DNA of 64,000 nt from Planctomycetota bacterium. GTDB lineage: Bacteria > Planctomycetota > UBA1135 > UBA2386. The DNA lies in the NCBI GenBank assembly GCA_965223545.1, contig OZ245006.1, positions 2,304,001-2,368,000 of the forward strand. Direction: 5' to 3'. The translations under genes were made by a program, and so were the position numbers. Position 1 is the first letter of the stretch, and every line of letters starts with the position of its first letter. The notes under the pieces are model-generated. The model made no database searches, was not told where the DNA came from, and worked only from the letters and a program-made list of their open reading frames with translations. This document shows positions 36,498 through 45,443 of the stretch, piece after piece.

Positions 36498-39275
36498 CTA
36501 GACCTGCCGCCCCGTCTTTGGGTCATAGGAGACTTCTACAGGGACAATTTGATCCGTTGGCAACACCTCAATCCACTGGTCGAAGACCTCGAACGGCTCA
36601 TTTCCTGGTTGAGCACGAAAACCTCCCTGAAGTGGGTAGAAGCCGTGCTCATAGACTTTGTCGAGTGGAGTCGCACTCACCTTGTTGTCGTCGCTGACCT
36701 CTTCGGTCGGGTATCGTCCGACCTCCAGTGACGCTTCGTGCTTTTCTTTCACGACATCACACAAATGATTGATCGCATCGAGTACGGTCGGTTCCACACC
36801 GCCATGTGGTATGCTAGCCAGCTCATCGGGCGGGGCTATATAAACGTCCGCGAGCCCTTCGGTGCCTTCGACCTCGACTTGTTGCAGCCAATTCATGGCA
36901 GCACGCTCTTTGCCCGGACGAATGGGAATCACGGCCTTGACCCAAGGCGCGTTCAAGAAAGCGTTGCGCATGTTGTCGCCATCAAGTTGAAGTAGCCAGC
37001 CTAAGGAGCTACCAAGCTTTGCAGTGGCAGAGTCTTCGGTTATGTAGTAGTTATCTTTGCGTCCTTCGCCAGAACCGCCCCATGACACCGTTTCGCTTGG
37101 CGCAACCTGTGTCTGCGTGGAAGTATTTGCGGGCGCCATGTTCGACTTCTCGTGCTCTGCTAGTGCGTAGGCCGCCAGTGTCTTGTAGCTTGTTGTGCCG
37201 TTCGTTGCACTGGGCGCCCCGAGGTCCTGGTGACTCTGATGGAGACGTGGACGCCACCACTCCGGGGCCACGAAGTAGAGCATCTTGTCAACGTCGAAAA
37301 TAGTATTGATCAGCTCAGATACAACGTGCCGCGTCCGGTCGTCAGGGGCCGGAATTGTCTTCGTGAGCATGTCTTGAATGAGACTTCGGTAAACAACGAT
37401 CCGCTCCTCGTCTCGAAGCTCCTCAAACTTCCGTGGCTCGATGTTGCTGGCGAGCTTGATTCGCTCGCGGGCAGATTTGACGAAGGCTTCTTCATATGCG
37501 CGACGTTCTTTAGCTGTAAAAAGAGCGAACTTCGCCTCGTTCTCCGTTGTGATCTCCTTAATGGTGGCATCGGTCGGAACCCATCGAATATTTGCCGTAA
37601 CTCGAATCGGCGAGTTGCCGCGGAAGTTCACGTAGTCGAGGTAGATGCCAAACTTGATCTTACCCGGTGTCGGCTTCTCTAAGTCCGTGTGATGCAGCCG
37701 CACGTCATTACCGTTCAAATCCCACGTAATACTCTCAAACTCATAACCCGGTTGATCGCATATTGCTGTGTAGCCATCGAACTGCGCTTGGATTCTCTCG
37801 CGATCTCCTTCAAACATATCCGTATCTACCTCAACCCCGTTCTTGAATCCTTCGTCAAGATCACCTCGACCCTTGGACGTCTGCACGAACGGAATGTCGA
37901 TCGCGACTTCGGTTGTGGTCGGTTCTGGTAGCGGAATAGACTCCGGTGGTGGCGTGCTGCTGAGATCCGGCTTCTTCGAGGCGTGTATGAGCTCGGCAAC
38001 ACCGAGCTGCTTCCCAGGATCGTCGACGTAGGTCTGCCAACACAGATATGTTCCGATATCTTGCACTTGCACACCAACCTGACGCATTTTGCGGCGGAGC
38101 TCGTAGTTGAGAAGGTCGGGAGTATTGTTGCTCAAAACAAAGCGCTTGCTCGAAACGTCCGTGATCTCAGAGACGGTACGGAATGTTGAGGTGTAGTTCC
38201 TGCGAATCTCCGTCGAAAGCTTCTCGGTCTGTTGGCGCATGTGTCGATGCGTGGTCTCGCGAGCTTTTACCTGTGTCTTTGCAAGGTCGATACTCGCAGA
38301 TGCGCTGGCGCTACCCCCAATCCAGCTCTGGTGCGCAGTTGCGTTCATTCCGAACTTCGTGTCGGATTGATTGCTTTGCTTTACAGCTTCCGACAATTCG
38401 TCCTCCTCCGTAGTTGACTTTTCCGTTTTGACCGTCGTGTCGATACTACTTTCGAATGTTCGCTCGATAATGGTTTTTCGCGTGCTTACCTCCATCAGCT
38501 CAACCGTGGCTCCAGGACTCAGCCAGACGTGCTGGACCGAAGGCCCCAAAAACGTGTCGAGCTCGAAGAAGTACTGACGGAATAGATGGACGATACCGAT
38601 CGGAGAGAGACTGACCCGATCAATCTCACTGCTCGGATCAATTACGTCTAACGGATCTTCGTACTGTAGAGCAGCAATCAATCGGTCTGTGGTGTCATTT
38701 GCATAAAACATGCTCCTGAGTTTGGTGTAGTTCTTTGCGCGCCTCAGACGTAGCAAGTGCCCTGCAACCTTCGATTCTCGAGTAAGCTGCTCGGCAACCA
38801 ATTGGTTGATTTGAGAAAGGGACTTGCCTTGTTGTAGAAGATCGTCAGAGGAACGCTCATACCAACTTGAGGTCTCAGCCACTACTTGCTGGTTGAGAAC
38901 GGCCTGGACCTTGTCATCGCTCAGCAAAGTTTCCCATACGCCGTCGTCGTAATCGACGCTCTTGGGCAACGCTTTGGCCAGCTCGTTCACCAGGAAACTG
39001 CTGGTTTGAACGAGCGGCTTTGCCACCAGATCGGACGGCGTGATTTCAGCGATGCTCGCAACACGCCCTTGGCCATCAAGCTGTGCCGCAAAGTGAGGTG
39101 TTGACTGCTCGTACAGAGCTTCGTAGAGCTCCATTTTGTCATTGGCAAACCCCTTGGCGATCCGGCGCTGAATGCGTTGTGAACGCCAACCTAGCATCGG
39201 CTGATAGACACCGAAGATTTCGCTAGCGTAGGGGATGATTCCTGTATACGGAGCTAGGTTCGTGGACTTCTTCAT
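36498..39275 (-). CDS. 925-aa hypothetical protein, possibly beta-pore-forming-toxin-like
   Basis: Long lower-GC ORF with no signal peptide; Ser/Thr/Glu-rich strands flank the hairpin-like DTKFGMNATAHQSWIGGSASASASIDL. The CDS is well supported; the function is inference. Confidence 0.75.
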   Translation of the reverse strand: MKKSTNLAPYTGIIPYASEIFGVYQPMLGWRSQRIQRRIAKGFANDKMELYEALYEQSTPHFAAQLDGQGRVASIAEITPSDLVAKPLVQTSSFLVNELAKALPKSVDYDDGVWETLLSDDKVQAVLNQQVVAETSSWYERSSDDLLQQGKSLSQINQLVAEQLTRESKVAGHLLRLRRAKNYTKLRSMFYANDTTDRLIAALQYEDPLDVIDPSSEIDRVSLSPIGIVHLFRQYFFELDTFLGPSVQHVWLSPGATVELMEVSTRKTIIERTFESSIDTTVKTEKSTTEEDELSEAVKQSNQSDTKFGMNATAHQSWIGGSASASASIDLAKTQVKARETTHRHMRQQTEKLSTEIRRNYTSTFRTVSEITDVSSKRFVLSNNTPDLLNYELRRKMRQVGVQVQDIGTYLCWQTYVDDPGKQLGVAELIHASKKPDLSSTPPPESIPLPEPTTTEVAIDIPFVQTSKGRGDLDEGFKNGVEVDTDMFEGDRERIQAQFDGYTAICDQPGYEFESITWDLNGNDVRLHHTDLEKPTPGKIKFGIYLDYVNFRGNSPIRVTANIRWVPTDATIKEITTENEAKFALFTAKERRAYEEAFVKSARERIKLASNIEPRKFEELRDEERIVVYRSLIQDMLTKTIPAPDDRTRHVVSELINTIFDVDKMLYFVAPEWWRPRLHQSHQDLGAPSATNGTTSYKTLAAYALAEHEKSNMAPANTSTQTQVAPSETVSWGGSGEGRKDNYYITEDSATAKLGSSLGWLLQLDGDNMRNAFLNAPWVKAVIPIRPGKERAAMNWLQQVEVEGTEGLADVYIAPPDELASIPHGGVEPTVLDAINHLCDVVKEKHEASLEVGRYPTEEVSDDNKVSATPLDKVYEHGFYPLQGGFRAQPGNEPFEVFDQWIEVLPTDQIVPVEVSYDPKTGRQV

Positions 39276-40447
39276 GCTTCGCTAGGGTTGGTTGCCGGCA
39301 TCGACCGGGGCTTGCGCGGATTGGAACGCAATTCGGTACCCCTGATTCCTCAGCCGTAGTGGTGATATCTGTTTAGGCAGCCCGATTGCGTTGGATTGCG
39401 AATGCGATGCGTACGGATCCCGCGGCAGCGTCGACGCCTTTCCATGTACGCGTCAAAAGACAAATGCGCTCAATGGCATCGATTCTTCCCAGCAGAGCAG
39501 CACTTCTCCGGCGCTCTCTCGGTCCCTTACCAAATCTCAGTCTGGGAGAGCTCGATGGGCTTGCATGCCTCCCGGTTAACGACTGCGTCACCTGCCCTCT
39601 CGGGAGCGAGGCTCGGCGCAGGGATGATGACCGGGCAGCTTCGAGGATGTCGCCCTGCTTCGGTGTGACCAGCAGACTACCTCGCTCTTGGGGCGGCAGT
39701 TCGATGCAGGCAACCCAGCGGAGAACGTCTGCGGAAGCTGCCGGGAACGAGCTGGCTTCACCTACCTGTGCGTTTCGGTGACCGTTGGCAGCTCGGCCCA
39801 TCAGAGCCTGCTCAACCCGATCGCGGAGTAGTTCGCCGACAGAGGTCCTCTGCTCTAGAGTGAGAGACTCGAGCTGCTGCCTTAATTCTGGGGCCATCTG
39901 AATGCCCATCTCCTAAAAGTCTAGCAGAGAACGACGTCGGACGCATGCCCTGCCACGTAGGTGCCTGAGAGGACTTCCCTTACCCGTCTTCGTCAAGTGT
40001 CACCCGCCACGCTGATTGGCCCCTCACGAACTCGGCGAGCTCAAGCGAAGCACGACGAAGCGTTTCATCAGCAGGCGAGCGCGGGGTTGAGGTTACAGGG
40101 TTGGGATGCGTCCTTTGAAGTAGATGGCAAACTGGCCGACCACGCGCTCCAGTTCCTGAGCGCTCTGTTCCACTTCTTGTCGCAGCGCCTGAGCGCGCGG
40201 CGTCCGTTGCCCTCCAGATGTGGCGCTCGACGATACAGACCACGACTTTGGCTCTCGGACGACCCTCTACTACAAAGACCCTGAAAAGACACAAGTGATC
40301 GCCGGCGCGTTCTCCTACTGCGGCAGCCGTACCTTCATCTCAACAGGCATTCAAAGCTCGTAGCCGCTTACCGTTTAGCGCCAAGTGTCGGTAAGCGTCC
40401 GGTGACGCCATGGCGGCCAGCGGTTGAAAAGCGACCGCCGACGCGTC

Positions 40448-42001
40448 TCAGCAGGACTGGCCGGCAGCGCGTGCCTTCGCCCATCCCCAGGGCGTGAGTT
40501 CGGCGATGCGCGACGACGGCGTGGTGGCGACGGCGACCAGGACGTCCTCGAGGTAGCGCTCGACGTTGACCTTCGCCAGCTTGCAGCTGAGCACGATCGA
40601 GTAGAGGCGAGCTGCCACGTTGCCACCCTTCTCGCTGGCGAGCGTCATCCAGTTCTTCCGGCCGGTCACGACGTGGCGCAGGTCACGCTCGGTGTCGTTG
40701 TTGTGGATCGGCAGCCGGCCGTCGTCGAGGTGCGCGAGCAACGGGTTCCGCTGCCGGATGGCGTAGCTCACCGCCTTGCGAAGCAGCTCGTTGCCCGCGG
40801 TCGCCGGGTCCTCTTGGAGGCTGAACACGATCTCGTAGAGGCCGTGGAGCACCGCTTTGGATCTGCGGCTGCGAACGGTCTCACGCAGTTCGATGAGGGC
40901 TTCACGGGTCAGGTTCCGGTCCTTCGCTCGGGACAGTACGGCGCGCTCGATCCAGAAAAGCCTCTGGATCGGTCGCAGCGCCAAACCAGCCCGTGATGCA
41001 CCAGCAGTGAGCGCATCCCGAAACTTCCGACGGGCGTGCGCCCAGCACCCAGCCCGCGTGATCGCGTTCTGCTGCGCTTTCGGGTTCACACCGTCGTAGC
41101 CATCGGTCAACAAGGTCCCGGACCACGCGCCGAGAAAAGCGTTGGGCCCCTTCGCGGATCGATTGTCCCTGAAGTCGGCCACGACCATCTCGTTGGGGCT
41201 GCCGCGAGCGCTCCGCCAGGCCCAGAGCACACCGCGCCGGGTGCCCTTCTGGCCTTCCAGTCGCACCCTGATCGGGGTCTCGTCGGCTTGAAGAACATCT
41301 TCTTGAAGCAGCTGGCGCCGCATCTCGGCCAGGATCGGACGCGCCGCGATCTCGTCGAAGCGCGCCAGCATGTCCCACATGGTCTGCTTCGGGACGTGCG
41401 CCCCGAAGCGGCGGAAGATCCCCTGCAGGCGGTTCAGCGGCAGGTGGTCGCCGTACTTCGCTGTGACGAGATGCGCGTAGACGGAGGGCTCGTACTTCGC
41501 CTTCTCGACGACGCCGGCAGGCATCGACGCCATCTTCATCCTGTGCCCGTGCGGGCACGCGTACTTGTTGCGCACGTAGCGCTTCACGACCAACCGCGCT
41601 GGGATGATGTGGCCACGCTCGGTGACGTCAGTCCCGATGCAGTGCATGGCTTCGCCGCACTCGGGGCAGCAGCGCTCCGCTTCCGGCACGTCGACCTCGA
41701 CGACATGCCGATCCAGGTGCTCGGCGAACTGACCGCGACCGTGACCGCGCTTCCGCTTCTTCTTCGGGTCAGGCTTCGCGAGTTCGCTCGACTGCTCCGC
41801 TTCCTGCGCCTGCTTCTGCAGCTCTTCGAGCTGCGCGACGCCGGCCTCGAACAGCAGCAGTTGGTTCGGATTGATGTGCTCGCGGCGCCGTCCGAACGTG
41901 CGCTGCTTCATCAGTTCGAGCTGCCCGCGAAGGCGCTCGATCTCGGCGCGCAGCTTGACGATCGTCGAGTTGGCTTCGTCGAGGTCCGTGAGCGGCGTCA
42001 C
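40448..42001 (-). CDS. tnpC: IS66 DDE transposase TnpC
   Basis: CPECG Zn motif, HLPLNR, ADET, TDGY, CWAHARRKF, NNDTERDLR, ELTPW. Confidence 0.95.
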   Translation of the reverse strand: MTPLTDLDEANSTIVKLRAEIERLRGQLELMKQRTFGRRREHINPNQLLLFEAGVAQLEELQKQAQEAEQSSELAKPDPKKKRKRGHGRGQFAEHLDRHVVEVDVPEAERCCPECGEAMHCIGTDVTERGHIIPARLVVKRYVRNKYACPHGHRMKMASMPAGVVEKAKYEPSVYAHLVTAKYGDHLPLNRLQGIFRRFGAHVPKQTMWDMLARFDEIAARPILAEMRRQLLQEDVLQADETPIRVRLEGQKGTRRGVLWAWRSARGSPNEMVVADFRDNRSAKGPNAFLGAWSGTLLTDGYDGVNPKAQQNAITRAGCWAHARRKFRDALTAGASRAGLALRPIQRLFWIERAVLSRAKDRNLTREALIELRETVRSRRSKAVLHGLYEIVFSLQEDPATAGNELLRKAVSYAIRQRNPLLAHLDDGRLPIHNNDTERDLRHVVTGRKNWMTLASEKGGNVAARLYSIVLSCKLAKVNVERYLEDVLVAVATTPSSRIAELTPWGWAKARAAGQSC

Positions 42002-42031
42002 TCCCTCTGATTAACACAAACCGGAGACGGA

Positions 42032-42412
42032 TCAAGTCGCGGCCAGTCGTTGCAGCACCTGATCGCGAACTTCTCTGCGTCGCGCGCCACGGAGGTCGAT
42101 GCCGTCCAACAAGAGCGCGAGATCGCTACTCGCAATCTCGAATCGGCTGTTGTTCTCAGCCGAGCGATCGAAGACCTGAAAGCGGCCGCTCGTCAGTCGC
42201 TTCGCCAGCACCCAGTAACCAGACGGCTCCCACACCAGTGCCTTCATCATGGTCCGGCGCTTGTTGAAGAAGAGGAAGAGGTGACCAGATTGCGGGTCGT
42301 GGTCGACCACGTCGATGACCGCACCGGACAGACCGCTGAAGCTCTTCCTCATGTCCACCGGCTTCCGGCAAACGAAGATCTTGACTTGCGGCGAGGGAGG
42401 AAAGCTCAGCAT
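42032..42412 (-). CDS. tnpB: IS66 accessory protein TnpB
   Basis: PVDMRKSFSGL...SGHLFLFFNKRR...KRL..GRF...LLLDGIDL. Confidence 0.95.
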   Translation of the reverse strand: MLSFPPSPQVKIFVCRKPVDMRKSFSGLSGAVIDVVDHDPQSGHLFLFFNKRRTMMKALVWEPSGYWVLAKRLTSGRFQVFDRSAENNSRFEIASSDLALLLDGIDLRGARRREVRDQVLQRLAAT

Positions 42413-42750
42413 GGCAGCAGGACTCCGAGCAGCCGTCGGAGCGTCGCTTCGTCGAAGTCGCGCTGCACATCGACAACCGCGCCCGACGGCACCCGCAACT
42501 CAATGGCCGCTGCTCGTCGCGGAGACGGGTCTGCGGCGACCACCAGCTCACCGAAGTCCGACACCGCCGGCGCGGACGTAGGCGCCGCCGCAGCTCGGGC
42601 TTGCCGCCTTGCCCAGTAGATGCGGTTTGCGTTGACGCCACGCCGGCGCGCGAACTCGGCGACCGTCACGCCTGAGGTGTCCAGCTCTTGAAGTAGCTCG
42701 CGCATCTCCGCTCGAGCCCACACGGGGATTCTCTTCGTCATCCGCCGCAT
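42406..42750 (-). CDS. tnpA: IS66 accessory HTH protein TnpA
   Basis: SGVTVAEFARRRGVNANRIYWAR HTH; overlaps tnpB. Confidence 0.85.
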   Translation of the reverse strand: MRRMTKRIPVWARAEMRELLQELDTSGVTVAEFARRRGVNANRIYWARRQARAAAAPTSAPAVSDFGELVVAADPSPRRAAAIELRVPSGAVVDVQRDFDEATLRRLLGVLLPC

Positions 42751-43795
42751 CCTGCCGATCCGCCAGCGGCTTTCGAGATGCCTTCACCGGACGCTTACAA
42801 GTGTCGGACGCCATTCACGCGTGCAGGCCACGGCGCGCGCCGGGCCAAACTCTGCTAGCATGACCCCCCTAGACTCACGGAGGTCTCTCGGTGCCTGACA
42901 TCAACATCGCTTGGTGGAACCTCGAAAACCTGTTCGACCGCGAAGGCGCGTCTCGTCCTCAATCTCTAGCTGACCGGATAGGCAAGGAGCTGCTCGGCTG
43001 GACCGCAGCGATTCGAGACAAGAAGCTCGATCAGCTCGCGTCGATCATCTCACAACTGTTCGGTGGCGCTGGCCCCGACCTGCTCGGCGTCTGCGAGGTA
43101 GAAAGCGAAGCCGTCCTGCAGCTTCTCGTCGACCGGATGAACCAGGACTTGCCGAATCGAACCTACAGGATCTCGCACCACAACTCACAGGACGCACGCG
43201 GTATCGACACTTCCCTCGTCTTCGACCAGAAGATGCTGAGCAGAAAAGAGCGCGACTTCGTGATGATTCAGAAGCGCCGCGCCACACGAGACTTGTTCTG
43301 GACTCGCTTTGAAACCAAGCAAGGCAGCAACGCCTTTGTCGCCATCGCTGCCCACTGGCCGTCACGCTCCGGTGGACAATACGCGTCGCAACCATTTCGC
43401 ATGATGGCTGGGGAGACAACGAGCTTTCTTATGGAGCAGCTTCGTGCGCAATTCGGCGCGGACATTCCCATGGTCCTGATGGGAGACTTCAACGACGAAC
43501 CATTCGATCGGTCGATGCAGGAGTATCTCCTGGGGAGCAGGGACGTTGGCCGGGTCCGCGCAGCGAAGAACCCCATGGCACTCAACCTCATGTGGCCACT
43601 CATGTTCAGCGACCAGTCGAACGTGAATCCAGGCACCTATCTCTACAAGTCGGACTGGAACATGCTCGACCAGTTCTTGGTCAACAAGCCCCTTGTTGGA
43701 ACCAGCGGGTTTCGCGCTGACCGAAACTCCGCCACGATCTTCACGCCACCGGAAATGCAAGTCGGCTCCAGCAAGAAGCCTAGGCGGTTTGGGCG

Positions 43796-45176
43796 GGGAT
43801 ACTGTCAAGAGTTGTGGATGGCGATTTGATCACGCGGCGTCGACCTTGACTCCATCCTTGAACTGAACTCCCTCGATCACGTCGCGGACGAGTAGCGCGC
43901 CGGTGAGTCGGCGCCACTTCTTCTCAGCCGCCTGACTGAGTTTGAAGACCATCGTCAGGCATGCGGCGCGCGTGCCCGAGCCTTTGGTCCGGCGATGTCG
44001 CAGGCGCACCGTGGCAAACATTGACTCGATCGGGTTGGTCGTGCGCAGGTGCACCCAGTGTTCGGCCGGGAAGTCGTAGAACGCGAGCAGCTCCTCGCGG
44101 TCCTTCTGCAGGCACGCGACGGCCTTCGGGTACTTGGCCCCGTACTTCGAGACAAACAAGTCGTAGGCCTTGGTCGCGTTGTCGCGGGTGTCAGCCATCC
44201 AGATGTCCTGGAGATCGGCCTTCGCGGCGGCCTGCTTGTGCTTCGGGAAGTGGTTGAGCACGTTCGCGGTCTTGTGCACCCAGCAGCGCTGCGCGCGGGT
44301 CTCGGGGAACACTTCGGCGAGCGCCTTCCAGAAGCCGAGCGCGCCATCGCCGATTGCCAGAGCAGGGTCGTGCTCGAGTCCCCGAGCCTTGAGGTCGAGC
44401 AGGATCTCCTTCCAGCTCTGGGCGCTCTCGCGGTAGCCGTCGTCGATCGCAACGAGTTCCGTCTTGCCGTCCCTGGTGGCTCCCATCACCACCAGAATGC
44501 ACTGCCGGCCCTCCTCCAGGCGGATGTTGAAGTGGACGCCGTCAACCCACAAGTAGACGTAGCGCTTGCCCGCGAGTGACCGACGGCTCCACTCCTGGCA
44601 CTCCTTGGTCCAGATCTCCTTGAGCCGAACAACCGTCGTCGTTGACAGGCTGGCCGAGCTGTTGCCCGTCAGGTGCTGCAGGCACTCCGAGAAGTCGTTG
44701 GTCGAGATCCCTTTCAAGTACAGCCACGGGATGAAGTCCTCGAGGCTCTTCGTGCGCCGGAGGTACGGTGGCAGAATCTTGCTCGTAAACCGGAACCGGA
44801 CACCGTCACTGTCGACGCGTCGGTCGTTCACCCTCGGCTGTTCGACTTCCACCGGCCCGACGCCAGTGTCGATCGTGCGCCGCCGGTGGCGACCGTTTCG
44901 CACGACGAGGCGACGGCCGGCGGCATCGACATCCTCCTTGTGCTTTTCGATGTAGGCTGCGACCTCGGCCTCCACAGCCGTCGCGAGCATCTGCTGAGCT
45001 CCGGCGCGGAGAACTTCGGTGAGCGCGTCCTGGACGGAACCTGGACCTGAGAGAGCGGGTGACGTAGCTTGCATGTCGTGGCGTACCTGCCCCTTCCGGG
45101 GCGCTTGGCTTTCTTGAACAACTGCCAAGGTACGCCGCGTGTCTGTACGGTCATCCACAACTTCCGTTCATATCCC
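43796..45176 (-). mobile_element. Complete IS256-family element (1381 bp)
   Basis: Imperfect IRs GGGATA(n8)AGTTGTGGATG; 9-bp target duplication GTTTGGGCG at 43787-43795 and 45177-45185. Confidence 0.95.
43830..45074 (-). CDS. IS256 transposase
   Basis: LYLKGIST, YLWVDG, GDGALGFW, QRCWVHK, RTTNPIES; start codon uncertain. Confidence 0.95.
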   Translation of the reverse strand: MQATSPALSGPGSVQDALTEVLRAGAQQMLATAVEAEVAAYIEKHKEDVDAAGRRLVVRNGRHRRRTIDTGVGPVEVEQPRVNDRRVDSDGVRFRFTSKILPPYLRRTKSLEDFIPWLYLKGISTNDFSECLQHLTGNSSASLSTTTVVRLKEIWTKECQEWSRRSLAGKRYVYLWVDGVHFNIRLEEGRQCILVVMGATRDGKTELVAIDDGYRESAQSWKEILLDLKARGLEHDPALAIGDGALGFWKALAEVFPETRAQRCWVHKTANVLNHFPKHKQAAAKADLQDIWMADTRDNATKAYDLFVSKYGAKYPKAVACLQKDREELLAFYDFPAEHWVHLRTTNPIESMFATVRLRHRRTKGSGTRAACLTMVFKLSQAAEKKWRRLTGALLVRDVIEGVQFKDGVKVDAA

Positions 45177-45443
45177 GTTTGGGCGACCGTCAAGCCCCAA
45201 GACTTTTGACGACACGGGTTTCTCGGACCACTTCCCCATCACAATGCGCTTGCTCGGGTAGCTGTGTAACGCCAAGCCCACAACTCCGAATCACGAGCCA
45301 AGGTTCCAGCAGAACGTTCACGCGCCTTGAACTCGCCACCGCAGATCGCGGGCTCGGCAAGCATCGCTCGAGGATCCCTCAACAAGAACCGTCGCCTCCG
45401 GATCCCCCCCCCTGCGGACAAACCCATCATCGTAGCCGCAACT

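Larger units (their letters stand above)
40391..42798 (-). mobile_element. Complete IS66-family element (2408 bp)
   Basis: Terminal IRs GTAAGCGTCCGGTGA; 8-bp target duplication AAGTGTCG at 40383-40390 and 42799-42806; tnpA-tnpB-tnpC. Confidence 0.97.
42891..45261 (+). pseudogene. Endonuclease/exonuclease/phosphatase (EEP) gene interrupted by IS256
   Basis: WWNLENLFD, LLGVCEVE, HWPSR, MGDFNDEP, WNMLDQ. Removing the IS and one target copy restores KPRRFGRPSSPKTFDDTGFSDHFPITMRLLG* (stop 45259-45261). Confidence 0.92.

Noticed and set aside
39373..40294. 178-aa ORF and short neighbouring ORFs
   Set aside because: No recognisable motifs; cannot distinguish a degraded gene from non-coding island DNA.
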